Shown piece by piece: positions 35,615 to 51,434 of a DNA stretch of 64,000 nt; the stretch's first letter is position 1, and every line of letters starts with the position of its first letter. Both the position numbers and the translations under genes were made by a program. The stretch spans positions 4,972 to 68,971 of the forward strand of contig JAJDER010000037.1 of assembly GCA_029259725.1 (NCBI GenBank). Direction: 5' to 3'. A model generated the notes under the pieces. The model searched no databases. It was not told where the DNA came from and was given only the letters and a program-made list of their open reading frames with translations. The DNA comes from Planctomycetota bacterium. Its GTDB lineage: Bacteria; Planctomycetota; B15-G4.

Positions 35615-37251
35615 GTCGTGGCCAGGCCGTAGCTCTCGAGCAGCACGCCCTGGGCCGCCGACAGCGCCACCCGCGACACCTCGAGGTCGAGGCGCGCGCG
35701 CAACTCGGTGTCGATCGCATCGAGCCAGTTGCGCAGGGTCTCACGCACCTGGAAGGGCGTGGAGAGGTCGTTCTCGAGGCGGCGCTTCTCGCCCTCGTAC
35801 ACCTCGCGGTTCAGGCGTGACGACTCGGCGGTGGTCCGGACGCGCTGGGCCTGGAGCCGCACGTTGCGCTCCTCGATGCGCACGTCAGTGACCGCCAGCA
35901 ACTCGACCTCACGCAGCAGCACGCCGGCCCGCTGCCGTGTCACCCGCGCCCGGCGCAGGTCGTAGCCCGCGGTCCGGTTGCCGAAGGGCATCTCCCAGCT
36001 GAGCGTCAGGCGCGCGGAGTCGAACTGGTTGTCGTTGAGGGTCTGCAGCGAGTCACTGACCGAGCCCTCGTTGCTGTTGGTGCCATAGGCGGCGGTCATG
36101 TCGAAGCGCGACAGCGTCTGGTTCTCGGCGCGCTCGACCTCCAGGTCCGCCCGACCCAGTTCCCAGCGGCGCTGCAGGATGTCGGGCCGGCGCGCGAGCG
36201 CCGTGAGGATCATGTCCTCGAGCTTGGCCGGGTCCTCGACGGGCGCCTCGTCACCGAGTGCCCGGGTGGTCGGGCTCAGCGGCCGGCGGAACTGCTCCAT
36301 GTCACCCGGCGCGAAGACCAGGCGACGCAGTTCGTCCATGGCCTGGCTGGCGGTGTTCTCCGCCTGGATCAGCTCCTCCTGCCGCTGGGCCAGCTCGGCC
36401 TCGACCTCGACGACCTCGATGCGATTGCGCAGCCCCTGGTCGAACGTGCGCCGCGTGATGTCGACCAGTTCCTCGGCGAGTGCCACCGAAGCCCGCTTGG
36501 TGCGCAGGTTCTGCAGCGAGAAGACCAGGTTCCAGTACGAGATCACGACCAGCTCGACCGTGTTCATCGCGGTCTGATCCCGACCCGCGGCGGCGATGCG
36601 CACGTCGTGCGCGGCGATCTCCAGGCCCTGACGCTCGAAGTCGCCGCCGTTGCGCAGCAGGGGATGGGTGATGGTGAGGTTCGAGCTCGCCGTGTAGATG
36701 TCGGAGGTGCCACCGCTCTGCGTCTTGACGCGTTGGGGCCCGACCGAGAACTCCCACGACGTGCCCGAGAGGAACAGGCCGCGCACACCCGACTGGAGGT
36801 TGAAGAAGGTCTGCGTGGTGGCGCCCGAGCCGCCGACGTTCACACCACCGACGATGTTCGTCGGCGTGGGCGCGGTGACCGAGCGGCTGCCGGTGACGTC
36901 GGTGAAGAGCACCGAGTCGAAGCGACCCCACGCGGAGCCGAAGCCCTCGACCGACGCCTGCGAATCCAGGTTCGCGGCGCGCACCGTGAGGTTGTTCCCG
37001 AAGGACAGGCGGATCGCATCGACCAGCGACAACTCGAGCGGGTCGCTCATGTCGAAGCTGGGGGTGGACTCGGTGTAGTCGGAGAGCAGGTCCGCCCACA
37101 GATCTTCGTCGGTCTCCTGCAGGGGAGCGAGCAGGAACGCCGACATCAGGGCCAGGACACAGGAGGCAAACATGGCGACGAGGATCCAGGCTGGGGCGTC
37201 AGACGCAAGAGATCGTTGCCGGGAGGGTCTTGCCGGCCACGGATTCGACAT
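35566..37251 (-). CDS. TolC-family outer membrane efflux protein
   Basis: This is the in-frame part of ORF 35566..37305, starting at ATG 37251. It has a signal anchor. The two-repeat OEP architecture is visible: LSLVDAIRLSFGNNLTVRAANLD, and repeated coiled helices such as AELAQRQEELIQAENT and ELRARLDLEVSRVALSAAQG. Confidence 0.8.
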   Translation of the reverse strand: MSNPWPARPSRQRSLASDAPAWILVAMFASCVLALMSAFLLAPLQETDEDLWADLLSDYTESTPSFDMSDPLELSLVDAIRLSFGNNLTVRAANLDSQASVEGFGSAWGRFDSVLFTDVTGSRSVTAPTPTNIVGGVNVGGSGATTQTFFNLQSGVRGLFLSGTSWEFSVGPQRVKTQSGGTSDIYTASSNLTITHPLLRNGGDFERQGLEIAAHDVRIAAAGRDQTAMNTVELVVISYWNLVFSLQNLRTKRASVALAEELVDITRRTFDQGLRNRIEVVEVEAELAQRQEELIQAENTASQAMDELRRLVFAPGDMEQFRRPLSPTTRALGDEAPVEDPAKLEDMILTALARRPDILQRRWELGRADLEVERAENQTLSRFDMTAAYGTNSNEGSVSDSLQTLNDNQFDSARLTLSWEMPFGNRTAGYDLRRARVTRQRAGVLLREVELLAVTDVRIEERNVRLQAQRVRTTAESSRLNREVYEGEKRRLENDLSTPFQVRETLRNWLDAIDTELRARLDLEVSRVALSAAQGVLLESYGLATTQPEPSLEVAPPPPFR

Positions 37252-37308
37252 CGCGGCGGAGCCCCGCGGCACCGCCGCGCAGGTCTCCGACGCCCGAGGG
37301 CGCACGAC

Positions 37309-37755
37309 TCAGGGTCGGGTCTGCTGCAGCCTCGCCCGGCGCTCTCCGGGCTGCTGTCCGGGCTCGAGGTGCAGCCAGAGGGTGTCGGGCGGCAAGACCC
37401 CGGCGACGCGATCGGCCCACTCGATCACGACCACATGCCCGTCCCGGCGCAGATCGTCCAGGCCGGCCCGCAGCAGGTCATCGGGTCCGTCCATGAAGTA
37501 GGCGTCGAAGTGGGCCAGCGGCACCCGGCCCCCCGCGTACAGGTTGAGCAGCAGGTAGGAGGGAGAGCAGACGGGGACCTCGTCCGGGACGTCCATGGCG
37601 CGCGCGAGCCCCCGGGTGAACTCGGTCTTGCCGGCCCCCAGCTCCCCGACCAGCGCCAGGACGCCGCCTGGAGCGAGGCGCTCGGCGACTTCCGCGGCCA
37701 GGGCGTGGGTGGCGGCCACATCGCCCAGGGAGCGTTCGGTGCCCTCAGAAGCCAT
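37309..37755 (-). CDS. tsaE: tRNA t6A37 biosynthesis ATPase TsaE (YjeE)
   Basis: 148 aa. It contains LVGELGAGKTEFTRGL, SPSYLLLNLY and HFDAYF. Confidence 0.88.
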   Translation of the reverse strand: MASEGTERSLGDVAATHALAAEVAERLAPGGVLALVGELGAGKTEFTRGLARAMDVPDEVPVCSPSYLLLNLYAGGRVPLAHFDAYFMDGPDDLLRAGLDDLRRDGHVVVIEWADRVAGVLPPDTLWLHLEPGQQPGERRARLQQTRP

Positions 37756-38605
37756 GGGCGAAGCCCCCCGACGGCCACGGCTGGGCGCGGCCGTCGCGCA
37801 CCAGTTGAAGACCCTCGCCTCGATCCACGACCGACCCGATCGCGGTCAGCCCCCCGAGCCCCGCCGGGTCGGTCCCGGGTCCCAGCGCCAACAGCAGCTC
37901 GAAGTCCTCGCCGTCGAAGAGCGCGGCGAGCATCGGATCGGCACTCCCGGCCGCGTCCGCGTGGACGGGCAGCGCAGCGCCCTCGACCCGTGCACCGACG
38001 CCGGACGCGGCGCACAGCCGCGGCAGGTCGAGCCCCAGGCCGTCCGAGAGGTCCATGGCCGCGCGCACATCCACGCTCGCCGCGCGCAGCCTGCGTGACA
38101 CGTCGAGACGCGGCCGCACGTCGAGATGGCGCGACCGCCGGGAACCGCCGAGGGGCCCGCTCACCCAGAGCCGGTCGCCAGGCCCGGCGCCCGCGCGCGT
38201 CCAGGGTGCTGCTCGGGATCGACCGGCGACCGTGACCGACACCGCGAGGGCGCCGGCGGGAGCCGCCACGGTGTCCCCCCCGGCCACGAGGACCTCGAAG
38301 GACGCGGCCGCTTCACGCAGCGCGTCGGCCAGCGCGGCCGCATCGGTTCCCGCGGGAAGCTGCACCGCGAAGAGCAGCACCTCCGGTTCGGCACCCATCG
38401 CCGCGAGGTCGGACAGCGCCGCGCCGACCGCCTTGCGAGCCACGCGCCGCGGATCCGTCCCCGGCTCGAAGTGGGTCCCCTCCACGACCGTGTCCACGCT
38501 CAGGATCCAGCCGTCGGGGAGCACCGCCGCGTCGTCCCCTGGCCCCACCGGCAGGGGCGAACGCCCGGCGGTGATCCGATCGATGAAGTCCTGCTCGGCG
38601 GTCAC
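37745..38605 (-). CDS. thiL: Thiamine-monophosphate kinase
   Basis: 286 aa. It contains GPGDDAAVL, SVDTVVEGTHF and AVGAALSDLAAMGA. There is a GTGA overlap with the thiE stop. Confidence 0.85.
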   Translation of the reverse strand: MTAEQDFIDRITAGRSPLPVGPGDDAAVLPDGWILSVDTVVEGTHFEPGTDPRRVARKAVGAALSDLAAMGAEPEVLLFAVQLPAGTDAAALADALREAAASFEVLVAGGDTVAAPAGALAVSVTVAGRSRAAPWTRAGAGPGDRLWVSGPLGGSRRSRHLDVRPRLDVSRRLRAASVDVRAAMDLSDGLGLDLPRLCAASGVGARVEGAALPVHADAAGSADPMLAALFDGEDFELLLALGPGTDPAGLGGLTAIGSVVDRGEGLQLVRDGRAQPWPSGGFAHGF

Positions 38606-39267
38606 GGTCGGGCGCCGACGCTCTCGGCGTCGCCCTCGAGCCAGCGGTCCACGGCCGCCCGGAGGCGTGCGGCGCTCTCGCGCGGATCGGGCGCGTCGGC
38701 GAGGGCGCGCACGACGGCGACGCCCGCGAGCCCGCGGGGCAGCCTCGGCACGCTCTCGACGCCGAGGCCACCGAGCGCGACCACCGGCGTGTCCCCGACG
38801 CGAGCGAGGACCTGTTGGATCTGGCTCCGGGTCAGCAGGGGCCGGGGATGGCTGCGCGGCGTGGCGGCGAACGGGCTCAACATCAGGTAGTCGGCACGCT
38901 CGTCCTCGGGTTGAAGCGGCCAGTGGGCCGAGCGCCCCGCGATCCGTCCCGGGGCGATGCGGCGGATCGCGGCGAGATCCGGACCGGCGTACCCGGTCTG
39001 CACGCCGGCGGCCCGAGCCGAGGCGGCCAGCTCGGCGTCACGGCTGACCAGCGCGAGAGCGCCGCCCGCCTGCACCAGCGATACCAGCGCGCGCGTGAGC
39101 GGCTCGCGGACGCCGTCGGGCTGACGACGCTCGCGGATCAGGACCGCGGTGACACCACCTGCCACCACGCGTTCGACGAGTCGCTGGGTCTCGACCGGCG
39201 GCCGGTCATCCGGCGTGACGAAGACGAGCCGCAGCGACGCGCGCAGCGACTCAGCCATCGCGCCCAC
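38602..39267 (-). CDS. thiE: Thiamine-phosphate synthase
   Basis: 221 aa. It has the TMP-TENI fold pattern (LVFVTPD, AVLIRER, GVQTG, VVALGG). The start is GTG 39267 or ATG 39258, and both overlap the upstream gene stop. Confidence 0.8.
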   Translation of the reverse strand: MGAMAESLRASLRLVFVTPDDRPPVETQRLVERVVAGGVTAVLIRERRQPDGVREPLTRALVSLVQAGGALALVSRDAELAASARAAGVQTGYAGPDLAAIRRIAPGRIAGRSAHWPLQPEDERADYLMLSPFAATPRSHPRPLLTRSQIQQVLARVGDTPVVALGGLGVESVPRLPRGLAGVAVVRALADAPDPRESAARLRAAVDRWLEGDAESVGARP

Positions 39268-41455
39268 CCGGTCCCTTGGTCCCCACGTCGACCGTGCTCG
39301 GCCCGTGCCCCTCCAGGAACACGCCGAGTGGCGAGAGCAGGCCCGCCAGCGCGTCGCGGTCCACGTCGGGGGACATCAGCAGCGCCGTCGGGGACAGCCG
39401 CTCCAGGATCTGGGGGCGCAGGGACTTCTCGTGCAGGATGCGGTCGATGACTTCCTTGTTGCGGCCGCGAACCAGCGACACCGTCGCCTGGCTCACGAAC
39501 TTGACCTTCTCCGCCCATTGGCAGATCGAGTAGATCACGTTCTGGGGCACCTCGACGCGGCAGTTCTCGCTGAGCGTGCGCAGGATCGCGGAGGGTTCGA
39601 GACCCTCCGCCACGGCCTTCTCGATCGAAGCCTCGGTGAGCTTGTAGCGGTAGGCCGAGTCGCTGCTGGTGCGCGCGGCGAAGCGGTCCAGCTCCGTGAT
39701 CAGGTCGTAGGCCGAACCGTCCGGGAAGAGGATCACCTCGAAGTCGGGATTCACCACGAGCGGCGCGGTGCGGTCGAGTTCATCCTCGGGGATCTCGATG
39801 CCCAGCGCCTTCGCCCCCAGCGGCGTGAGGCGCATCCAGCCCGGCTTGCCGTTCCGACTGGCCAGGTCCACGAGCCCGAACAGGAACAGGCGGTCGCGGG
39901 TCCAGGTGGCCAGCTCCATGGCGAGCTGATGCGGGTCGCGCATGCCCGACTGCTGCGCGAACTGGTAGCGACTCTGGAACCGATCCCGGACCCCGAAGTG
40001 ATCCAGGTTGGCCAGGTAGCGGTTGCGCGCCGTGAAGGCCGGCAGCGAGATGTCGATCCACGCGCCCACCTTGAGCGTGCGCAACCGGTCCAGGTACAGC
40101 TTGAGCAGGCGCTCACCGTGGAACGGCTCGACCGTGCTGACCCAGTTGCCGGTGGTGAACTTGAGCAGCCGCGAGAGCTTCTTCTCCAGGGGCGTGCGAT
40201 CCCAGCTCTTGCCCTTGATGGTCAGCACCACGCTGCGGTCGGGACCGCGCTCGATCATCGACTGCGATTGACAGAAGTCGAACAGGTACTGGAACAGCCA
40301 CGGCCCGGGGAAACCCGAGGTGCGCGCCAGGATGAACGCGTCCTCGAGCTTGCGCACGGCCGTGCGATAGACCTTGCCGGACAGGGTCAGCTTGATCGGG
40401 TTGTGTTCGACGTAGGACAGGAAGGCGCTGATGTCGGAGATCAGGTCGACGCCGAGGCCGGTGACTTCCTCGAGCGCCGGCGGGCCGGGGTGGAAGATCG
40501 AGGTGAGGGACTCGACGACCTCCTCGAAGAGCACGATCGCCTCGTCGAACTGATGGATGCCGAACTCGCCCAGCGACACGTGACGCACGGTGCCGAGCAG
40601 GTTGTCCTCCAAGGCCTTCTGCAGGCCGCCACGCTTCCACCGCGCGAGGCCGCGATGGTTCTTGTCGAGGGCGCCGCGGGGGGCCACGCCGCCGAACTGG
40701 GTGGCGACGACTTCGATCAGCTCGCGTTGCTGCTCGCCGTCGAGTCGCGCCAGCCGCTCGGCCACGACGTCCGGCCGCGAGAGCAGCGCCGCCGCCTCGG
40801 CATGGTCCTTCGCGTTCGGCTTCCCGGGCAAGTGCTGTTCGAGCAGCGGCCTGAGGTCCTGCCGATCGACCAGGCGTGACAGGTGCCCGCGCAGGGTGAA
40901 GATCTCCTCCACCGACCGGTCGTCGTCCCAGATGAAGGCCTGCAGGATGTCGCCCAGCTCGCAGGGGACGAGGTAGGTCTCCTTCGGTTTGGGAGCCGCG
41001 TTCCCGTTGCCGCTGCTGGTGCTGGCCTGGAACAGGAAGCCGCGCTTCTGGAGCGCGTTCACGGCGGCCTTGAGTTCGAAGGGCGACAGGTACCCGAAGG
41101 ACTTGCTGCTCGTGACGTGGGCGAGATCGGCCCGATAGCCGTCGCCACGCAGGAAGAACTTCATCAGGTCGACGAGCTTCTTGCTGAGGAACTTCAGGCG
41201 CTTGCGGACGGACTTCTCGTTGCTCATCCGCTTCTGGAGTTCACCGACCAGGCGGTCGTGGGTGTCGGGGGGCGACCCGTGCCCGTCCCAGAAGGACAGC
41301 AGCTCACGCAGATCGGTCTCGGGGCGCTGGCTCAGCACGGCCTGCAACGCCACCCCGCGTGACCCGTTCCTCGACGCTGTCGTGTCCCGACGACCCAATT
41401 TGAAGCCTCTGGGTAGAAGCGACGAATCGTACCGCATGTGGGCGAGGCCATCCAC
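39251..41455 (-). CDS. XPB-associated protein with C-terminal XPB-N-terminal-like (Helicase_C_3/p52-clutch-like) domain
   Basis: The ORF is 734 aa. The C-terminal segment is PLVVNPDFEVILFPDGSAYDLITELDRFAARTSSDSAYRYKLTEASIEKAVAEGLEPSAILRTLSENCRVEVPQNVIYSICQWAEK. It aligns by eye with the N-terminus of the neighbouring XPB, PLTVQSDHTILAEVHAEGFTEARDELSLFAELVKSPEHIHTYRLTPLSIWNAAAAGRSSERIIEFLAGASRYPVPPNVRRFIEDHIRR. An alternative start at GTG 41353 (VALQAVLSQ) would leave an upstream leader of lower GC. Confidence 0.75.
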   Translation of the reverse strand: MDGLAHMRYDSSLLPRGFKLGRRDTTASRNGSRGVALQAVLSQRPETDLRELLSFWDGHGSPPDTHDRLVGELQKRMSNEKSVRKRLKFLSKKLVDLMKFFLRGDGYRADLAHVTSSKSFGYLSPFELKAAVNALQKRGFLFQASTSSGNGNAAPKPKETYLVPCELGDILQAFIWDDDRSVEEIFTLRGHLSRLVDRQDLRPLLEQHLPGKPNAKDHAEAAALLSRPDVVAERLARLDGEQQRELIEVVATQFGGVAPRGALDKNHRGLARWKRGGLQKALEDNLLGTVRHVSLGEFGIHQFDEAIVLFEEVVESLTSIFHPGPPALEEVTGLGVDLISDISAFLSYVEHNPIKLTLSGKVYRTAVRKLEDAFILARTSGFPGPWLFQYLFDFCQSQSMIERGPDRSVVLTIKGKSWDRTPLEKKLSRLLKFTTGNWVSTVEPFHGERLLKLYLDRLRTLKVGAWIDISLPAFTARNRYLANLDHFGVRDRFQSRYQFAQQSGMRDPHQLAMELATWTRDRLFLFGLVDLASRNGKPGWMRLTPLGAKALGIEIPEDELDRTAPLVVNPDFEVILFPDGSAYDLITELDRFAARTSSDSAYRYKLTEASIEKAVAEGLEPSAILRTLSENCRVEVPQNVIYSICQWAEKVKFVSQATVSLVRGRNKEVIDRILHEKSLRPQILERLSPTALLMSPDVDRDALAGLLSPLGVFLEGHGPSTVDVGTKGPGGRDG

Positions 41456-41600
41456 GCCCAGACCGGTCCGGGATGTCCCTCAACCGGCCCGAGGCGCCGT
41501 GGGAGGTCCGCCGGCCGGAGGCCGTGGGGGGAAGCCTCGAGCGCCTCTCTCGGCACGAACACGGGGCTTGCCGCCCCCCTGCGCCAGCTGGAGGCGCGAA

Positions 41601-43273
41601 TCAGAGGCTCGCCACGTCCCGGATCTCGTACGTGTAGCCCTGCTCGGTCAGGAACAGCTGCCGGTTGTTGGCGAAGTGCTCCTCCCGGCTGTCGCGCGTC
41701 ACCAGCGAGTAGAAGATCGCCTGACGGCGGTCGCTCTTGGGCCGCAGGATCCTTCCGAGGCGCTGGGCCTCCTCCTGCCGCGATCCGAACGTGCCCGAGA
41801 CCTGGATGGCCACGTTGGCGTCGGGCAGGTCCACGGCGAAGTTGCCCACCTTGCTGACCATGAGCACCTTCAGGACGCCCTCGCGGAACTGCTTGTAGAG
41901 CACCTCGCGTTCCTTGGTCGGCGTCCGGCCGGTGATCAGCGGGCACTCGAGGTTGGCGGCGAGCTCGTCGAGCTGGTCCAGGTACTGACCGATGACCAAC
42001 ACCCGGTCGTCGCCGTGGCGCGCCACCAGCTGCGCCACCGCGTCCACCTTCTCGGGGTTCTCCGAAGCGATGCGGAACTGCTCGCGGCTGCCGGCCGAGA
42101 GGTACTCCATCTGCAGGGTCGGGAGCAGCGGCAGGCGCACCTCGACGCAATGCGCCGTGGCGATCCAGCCCTGCCGTTCGAGCACCTTCCAGGGGACGTC
42201 GTACTTTTTCGGGCCGATGAGCGAGAAGACCTCCTCCTCGCGCCCGTCTTCGCGCACCAGCGTGGCGGTCAGGCCCAGCCGGCGCCGCGCCTGGATCTCC
42301 GCCGTGACGCGGAACACCGGGGCCGGCAGCAGGTGCACCTCGTCGTAGACGACGAGCCCCCAGTCGCGTGCGCCGAACAGCGAGAAGTGCGTGAACTCCC
42401 CGGTCTTGCGCTTGCGATAGGTGAGCATCTGGTAGGTCGTGATCGTGACCGGGCAGATCACCTTGTTGTCGCCGGTGTACTCGCCGACCTCGTCCTCGGT
42501 GAGCGACGTCTTGTCGAGCAGCTCGTCCCGCCACTGGCGCACGGCGATGGTGTTGGTGGTCAGGATCAAGGTCTGCGTCTGGAGCCGTTGCATGCAGCCG
42601 ATGGCCACGACGGTCTTGCCGGCGCCACAGGGCAGCACGACCACGCCGCTGCCCCCCTTCTCGGTCCCGCCGGCGTGGAAGATGTCGGCCGCTTCGGCCT
42701 GGTAGCCGCGCAGCTCGAACGCCCCCCCGCCGGAGCGTACCGAGCGGTTGGCGAGTCCGAAGGCCAGGTCGGCTCCGTGGGTGTACCCGGCCAGGTCCTC
42801 GACCGGGAAACCGATCTTGATCAGCGCCTGCTTGACCTCACCGCGCAGGTGTTCGTTGACGACCAGCCCGCCGTCCTCGCGTCCGTTCTTCTCGAAGAAA
42901 CGCTTGAGCGTCGCGTTCCGGGCCAGGTTGTCGAGCAGCTCGGAGTCGTCGGAGCGCAGCACGAGGCGCTCGCCGTCGCGCACGAGCTTGAGCAGTCCGA
43001 ATCGCCGGATGTGGTCCTCGATGAAGCGCCGGACGTTGGGCGGCACCGGGTACCGCGAGGCCCCGGCGAGGAACTCGATGATCCGTTCACTCGAGCGTCC
43101 GGCGGCCGCGGCGTTCCAGATCGACAGCGGCGTCAGCCGGTAGGTGTGGATGTGCTCGGGGCTCTTCACCAGCTCGGCGAACAGCGACAGCTCGTCGCGC
43201 GCCTCGGTGAAACCCTCGGCGTGGACCTCGGCCAGGATCGTGTGGTCGCTCTGGACCGTCAGCGGTTGCGAGG

Positions 43274-43277
<4 letters not shown>
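41601..43277 (-). CDS. XPB/ERCC3/Rad25-type SF2 DNA helicase/translocase
   Basis: 558 aa. It has an N-terminal damage-recognition-like domain followed by the helicase motifs LRGYQ, VLPCGAGKT (motif I), DEVHLLPA (motif II), the XPB-specific RED motif (TATLVREDG), and the C-terminal lobe FGSRQEEAQRLGRILR. Its ATG overlaps the UvrA-UvrA stop (ATGA). Confidence 0.9.
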
Positions 43278-49030
<5,753 letters not shown>

Positions 49031-49035
49031 GTCGG

Positions 49036-49869
49036 TCAGCGCCCCGCCGTGCCGGTGACGGCGGCCACGTCGGTGATGTCGAGGACCTCCAGGATCTTGC
49101 GGTGAATCGCCGCGCCGGCCGCGACCACCGTGCCACCCAGCAGCCAGTCGTCGCCACCGGCCATGTCCGTCACCAGGCCTCCGGCCTCGGCGACCAGCAG
49201 CCCGCCGGCCGCCACGTCGAACGGGTTCAGGTGGGGCTCCCAATAGCCGTCCAGGCGCCCCGCTGCGGTGTAGGCGAGATCCAGCGCCGCCGACCCGCAG
49301 CGGCGCATCCCGCGCACGCGCATGACCATGTCGGCGAAGTGCTCGACGTTGCTGTCGGGCAGCTCGTCACGACGGTAGGCAAACCCGGTGGCGAGCACCG
49401 TGTCGATCAGGTCGGTCTTGGCGGACACGTGGAGGGGTGAGCCGTTGAGAGTCGCCCCGGCCCCGCGCGCGGCGGCGAAGAGTTCACGCAGCCGTGGCGC
49501 GTGAACCACCCCGACGGCCGGCCCCTGCGCGTCGCAGAGCGCGATCGACACCGCGAAGAACGGGTGCCCCTGGCTGAAGTTCACGGTCCCGTCGAGCGGA
49601 TCGATGTACCAGATCGGCCGACCCTCGGCCGCTTCGTGCGTCTCCTCCTCGGCGAAGATGGCCGTGCCCGGAAAGGCCTCGCGCAGGCGCTCCACGATCA
49701 GGCGCTCGCTGGCCAGGTCCGCGTCGGTCACGGGGTCGCGACGGCCCTTGAGGCGCACCGCCTGATGCGGATGCGCGCTGTCGTGAGCGAGCAGCACGTC
49801 GCCGGCGGCGCGCGCGATCTCGATCACCGTCGGCAGCAGCACCTCGGGTGGCGGCAGGGTGTCGGGCAT
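49036..49869 (-). CDS. Inositol monophosphatase family protein (SuhB/CysQ-like)
   Basis: 277 aa. It contains the FAEEE, WYIDPLDGTVNF and C-terminal WDVAAG-type (FDVAAG) motifs. Its stop lies 5 nt before the uvrA-uvrA start. Confidence 0.85.
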   Translation of the reverse strand: MPDTLPPPEVLLPTVIEIARAAGDVLLAHDSAHPHQAVRLKGRRDPVTDADLASERLIVERLREAFPGTAIFAEEETHEAAEGRPIWYIDPLDGTVNFSQGHPFFAVSIALCDAQGPAVGVVHAPRLRELFAAARGAGATLNGSPLHVSAKTDLIDTVLATGFAYRRDELPDSNVEHFADMVMRVRGMRRCGSAALDLAYTAAGRLDGYWEPHLNPFDVAAGGLLVAEAGGLVTDMAGGDDWLLGGTVVAAGAAIHRKILEVLDITDVAAVTGTAGR

Positions 49870-49955
49870 GGGTGGCGGCGCGGTCAGGGTGCGGGATCGG
49901 GGGAGGCGGAAGGGGTGCGACCGCGGGCACGGTCGGCGGGCGGCGCGGGCGGTGG

Positions 49956-51395
49956 TCAGAGCTGGTCCACGAGGATGCGGCAGACGTCGTCCAGGGCGGG
50001 CTTCACGGTGGCGTTGCGCGGGGGGCTCTTCCGACCGGTGTGGTTCAGCAACATCGAGAAGGCGACGACGCGACCGGAGCGCGCCACGGCGTAGCCCGAG
50101 AGCGCGTAGGCGCCCCCGATGTAGCCCGTCTTGGCACGGACGGCCCCACGGTAGGGTTCTTCGCCGAGCCGCGCGTGCAGGGAACCGTCGCGTCCCGAGA
50201 TCGGCAGGCTGCGGAGGAACAGGTTGCGCGCCGGCCCCTCGGCCACGGCCATCTCGCGCAGGGTCCTGGCGAGCGCCTCGGCGGTCACGCGATTGTCCTC
50301 GCAGAGCCCGGAGCCGTCGCTGAGCACCAGCCCGGCCGTGTCGACCCCCAGGGCCTCGCGCAGGAACCGCTCCATCACCAGGCTGCCCCCCTCGAAGCTC
50401 CCGCCGGCCCCACCCACGGCGCCGTTGAGCTTGTGGAGGTGCTCGGCCAGGGAGTTGTCGCTCTCCTTGTTGGTGAGCAGCAGGGCGAGCGACAGGGGTG
50501 TCTCGAAGCGCGCGAGCTCGTAGCCGTCACCGAGGTCCGCGGTCGCGCCCGGACGCACGACGACACCGCCCCGGACTTCCACCCCACGACGCGCGAGCTG
50601 CTCGATCAGGCAGGCGCCGAACCAGCTCACGGGGTCGCGCACCGGGACGTCCAGCCCGACCGGCCCCACACCGGTGCCCACCCGACCCCCGACGCTGATG
50701 CGGCCGTCGTCGTCCGGACGGTTGAGCGCGACCTTGAACTCGGCGGACTTCGCCGCGCGCTTCACCTTGTTCTCGACCGAGTAGCCCCGCGATACCGTGC
50801 CCAGCCGGGCGTTGGGCCGATCGCCCCGCCCGGTCACCTGCACCGTGGCGCGGTTCCCGTGCAGCGACAGTCCGGCGATCGGGGGTGCGTAGCTCTTCTC
50901 CAGGTCATCGATGTCCCAACCCGGGTGGACCCACTGCTCGTCCAGGATCGAGGCGTCGAGGACCAGGGCGCCTTCGACCGAAGTCAGCCCGGTGCCCAAC
51001 AGCAGGTCGGCCAGCGTCGCGGCCGGATCGGTGATGCCCTCCGCCTCGAGCAGGTCCGCGCGCAGGCACGGGTCGCCACCGCCCTGGACGATCAGGTCCC
51101 CCGCGAGCGCTCCGCCCTCGCCGGGCACCGCGGCCGCGAGGAAACGCGTCACGAAGAGGTGTTCGGGGCCGAGCACGCCGAGCGCCGTGGCGGTGGTCAG
51201 CAGCTTCATGTTGCTGGCCGGGATCATCGGCTCGTCCGCCCGGCTGCGATGCAGCCACTGCCCGCTCGCCACGTCCATGATGGCGACCGAGGCGGTCACC
51301 CCGGTCAGTTCGGGATCGGCGAGGCGGGATGCGACGGCGTCGCCCACGTCGAGCAGCGAGGCGAGGGCGAGGACCAGCCCGAGGACGGCGGCCAT
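49956..51395 (-). CDS. dacB: D-alanyl-D-alanine carboxypeptidase/endopeptidase (PBP4, peptidase S13)
   Basis: 479 aa. It has the SxxK (PASNMKLLT), SxN (ESDNSLAE) and KTG (AKTGYIGG) motifs. Confidence 0.88.
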   Translation of the reverse strand: MAAVLGLVLALASLLDVGDAVASRLADPELTGVTASVAIMDVASGQWLHRSRADEPMIPASNMKLLTTATALGVLGPEHLFVTRFLAAAVPGEGGALAGDLIVQGGGDPCLRADLLEAEGITDPAATLADLLLGTGLTSVEGALVLDASILDEQWVHPGWDIDDLEKSYAPPIAGLSLHGNRATVQVTGRGDRPNARLGTVSRGYSVENKVKRAAKSAEFKVALNRPDDDGRISVGGRVGTGVGPVGLDVPVRDPVSWFGACLIEQLARRGVEVRGGVVVRPGATADLGDGYELARFETPLSLALLLTNKESDNSLAEHLHKLNGAVGGAGGSFEGGSLVMERFLREALGVDTAGLVLSDGSGLCEDNRVTAEALARTLREMAVAEGPARNLFLRSLPISGRDGSLHARLGEEPYRGAVRAKTGYIGGAYALSGYAVARSGRVVAFSMLLNHTGRKSPPRNATVKPALDDVCRILVDQL

Positions 51396-51434
51396 GAGAT
51401 CCTCCGAAGGCGGCCTGACGAGGCGCCGCCCCGG

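Noticed and set aside
39240-39300. Possible TPP riboswitch ahead of thiE/thiL
   Set aside because: The thiE start overlaps the stop of the preceding gene, so there is no leader in which a riboswitch could sit.
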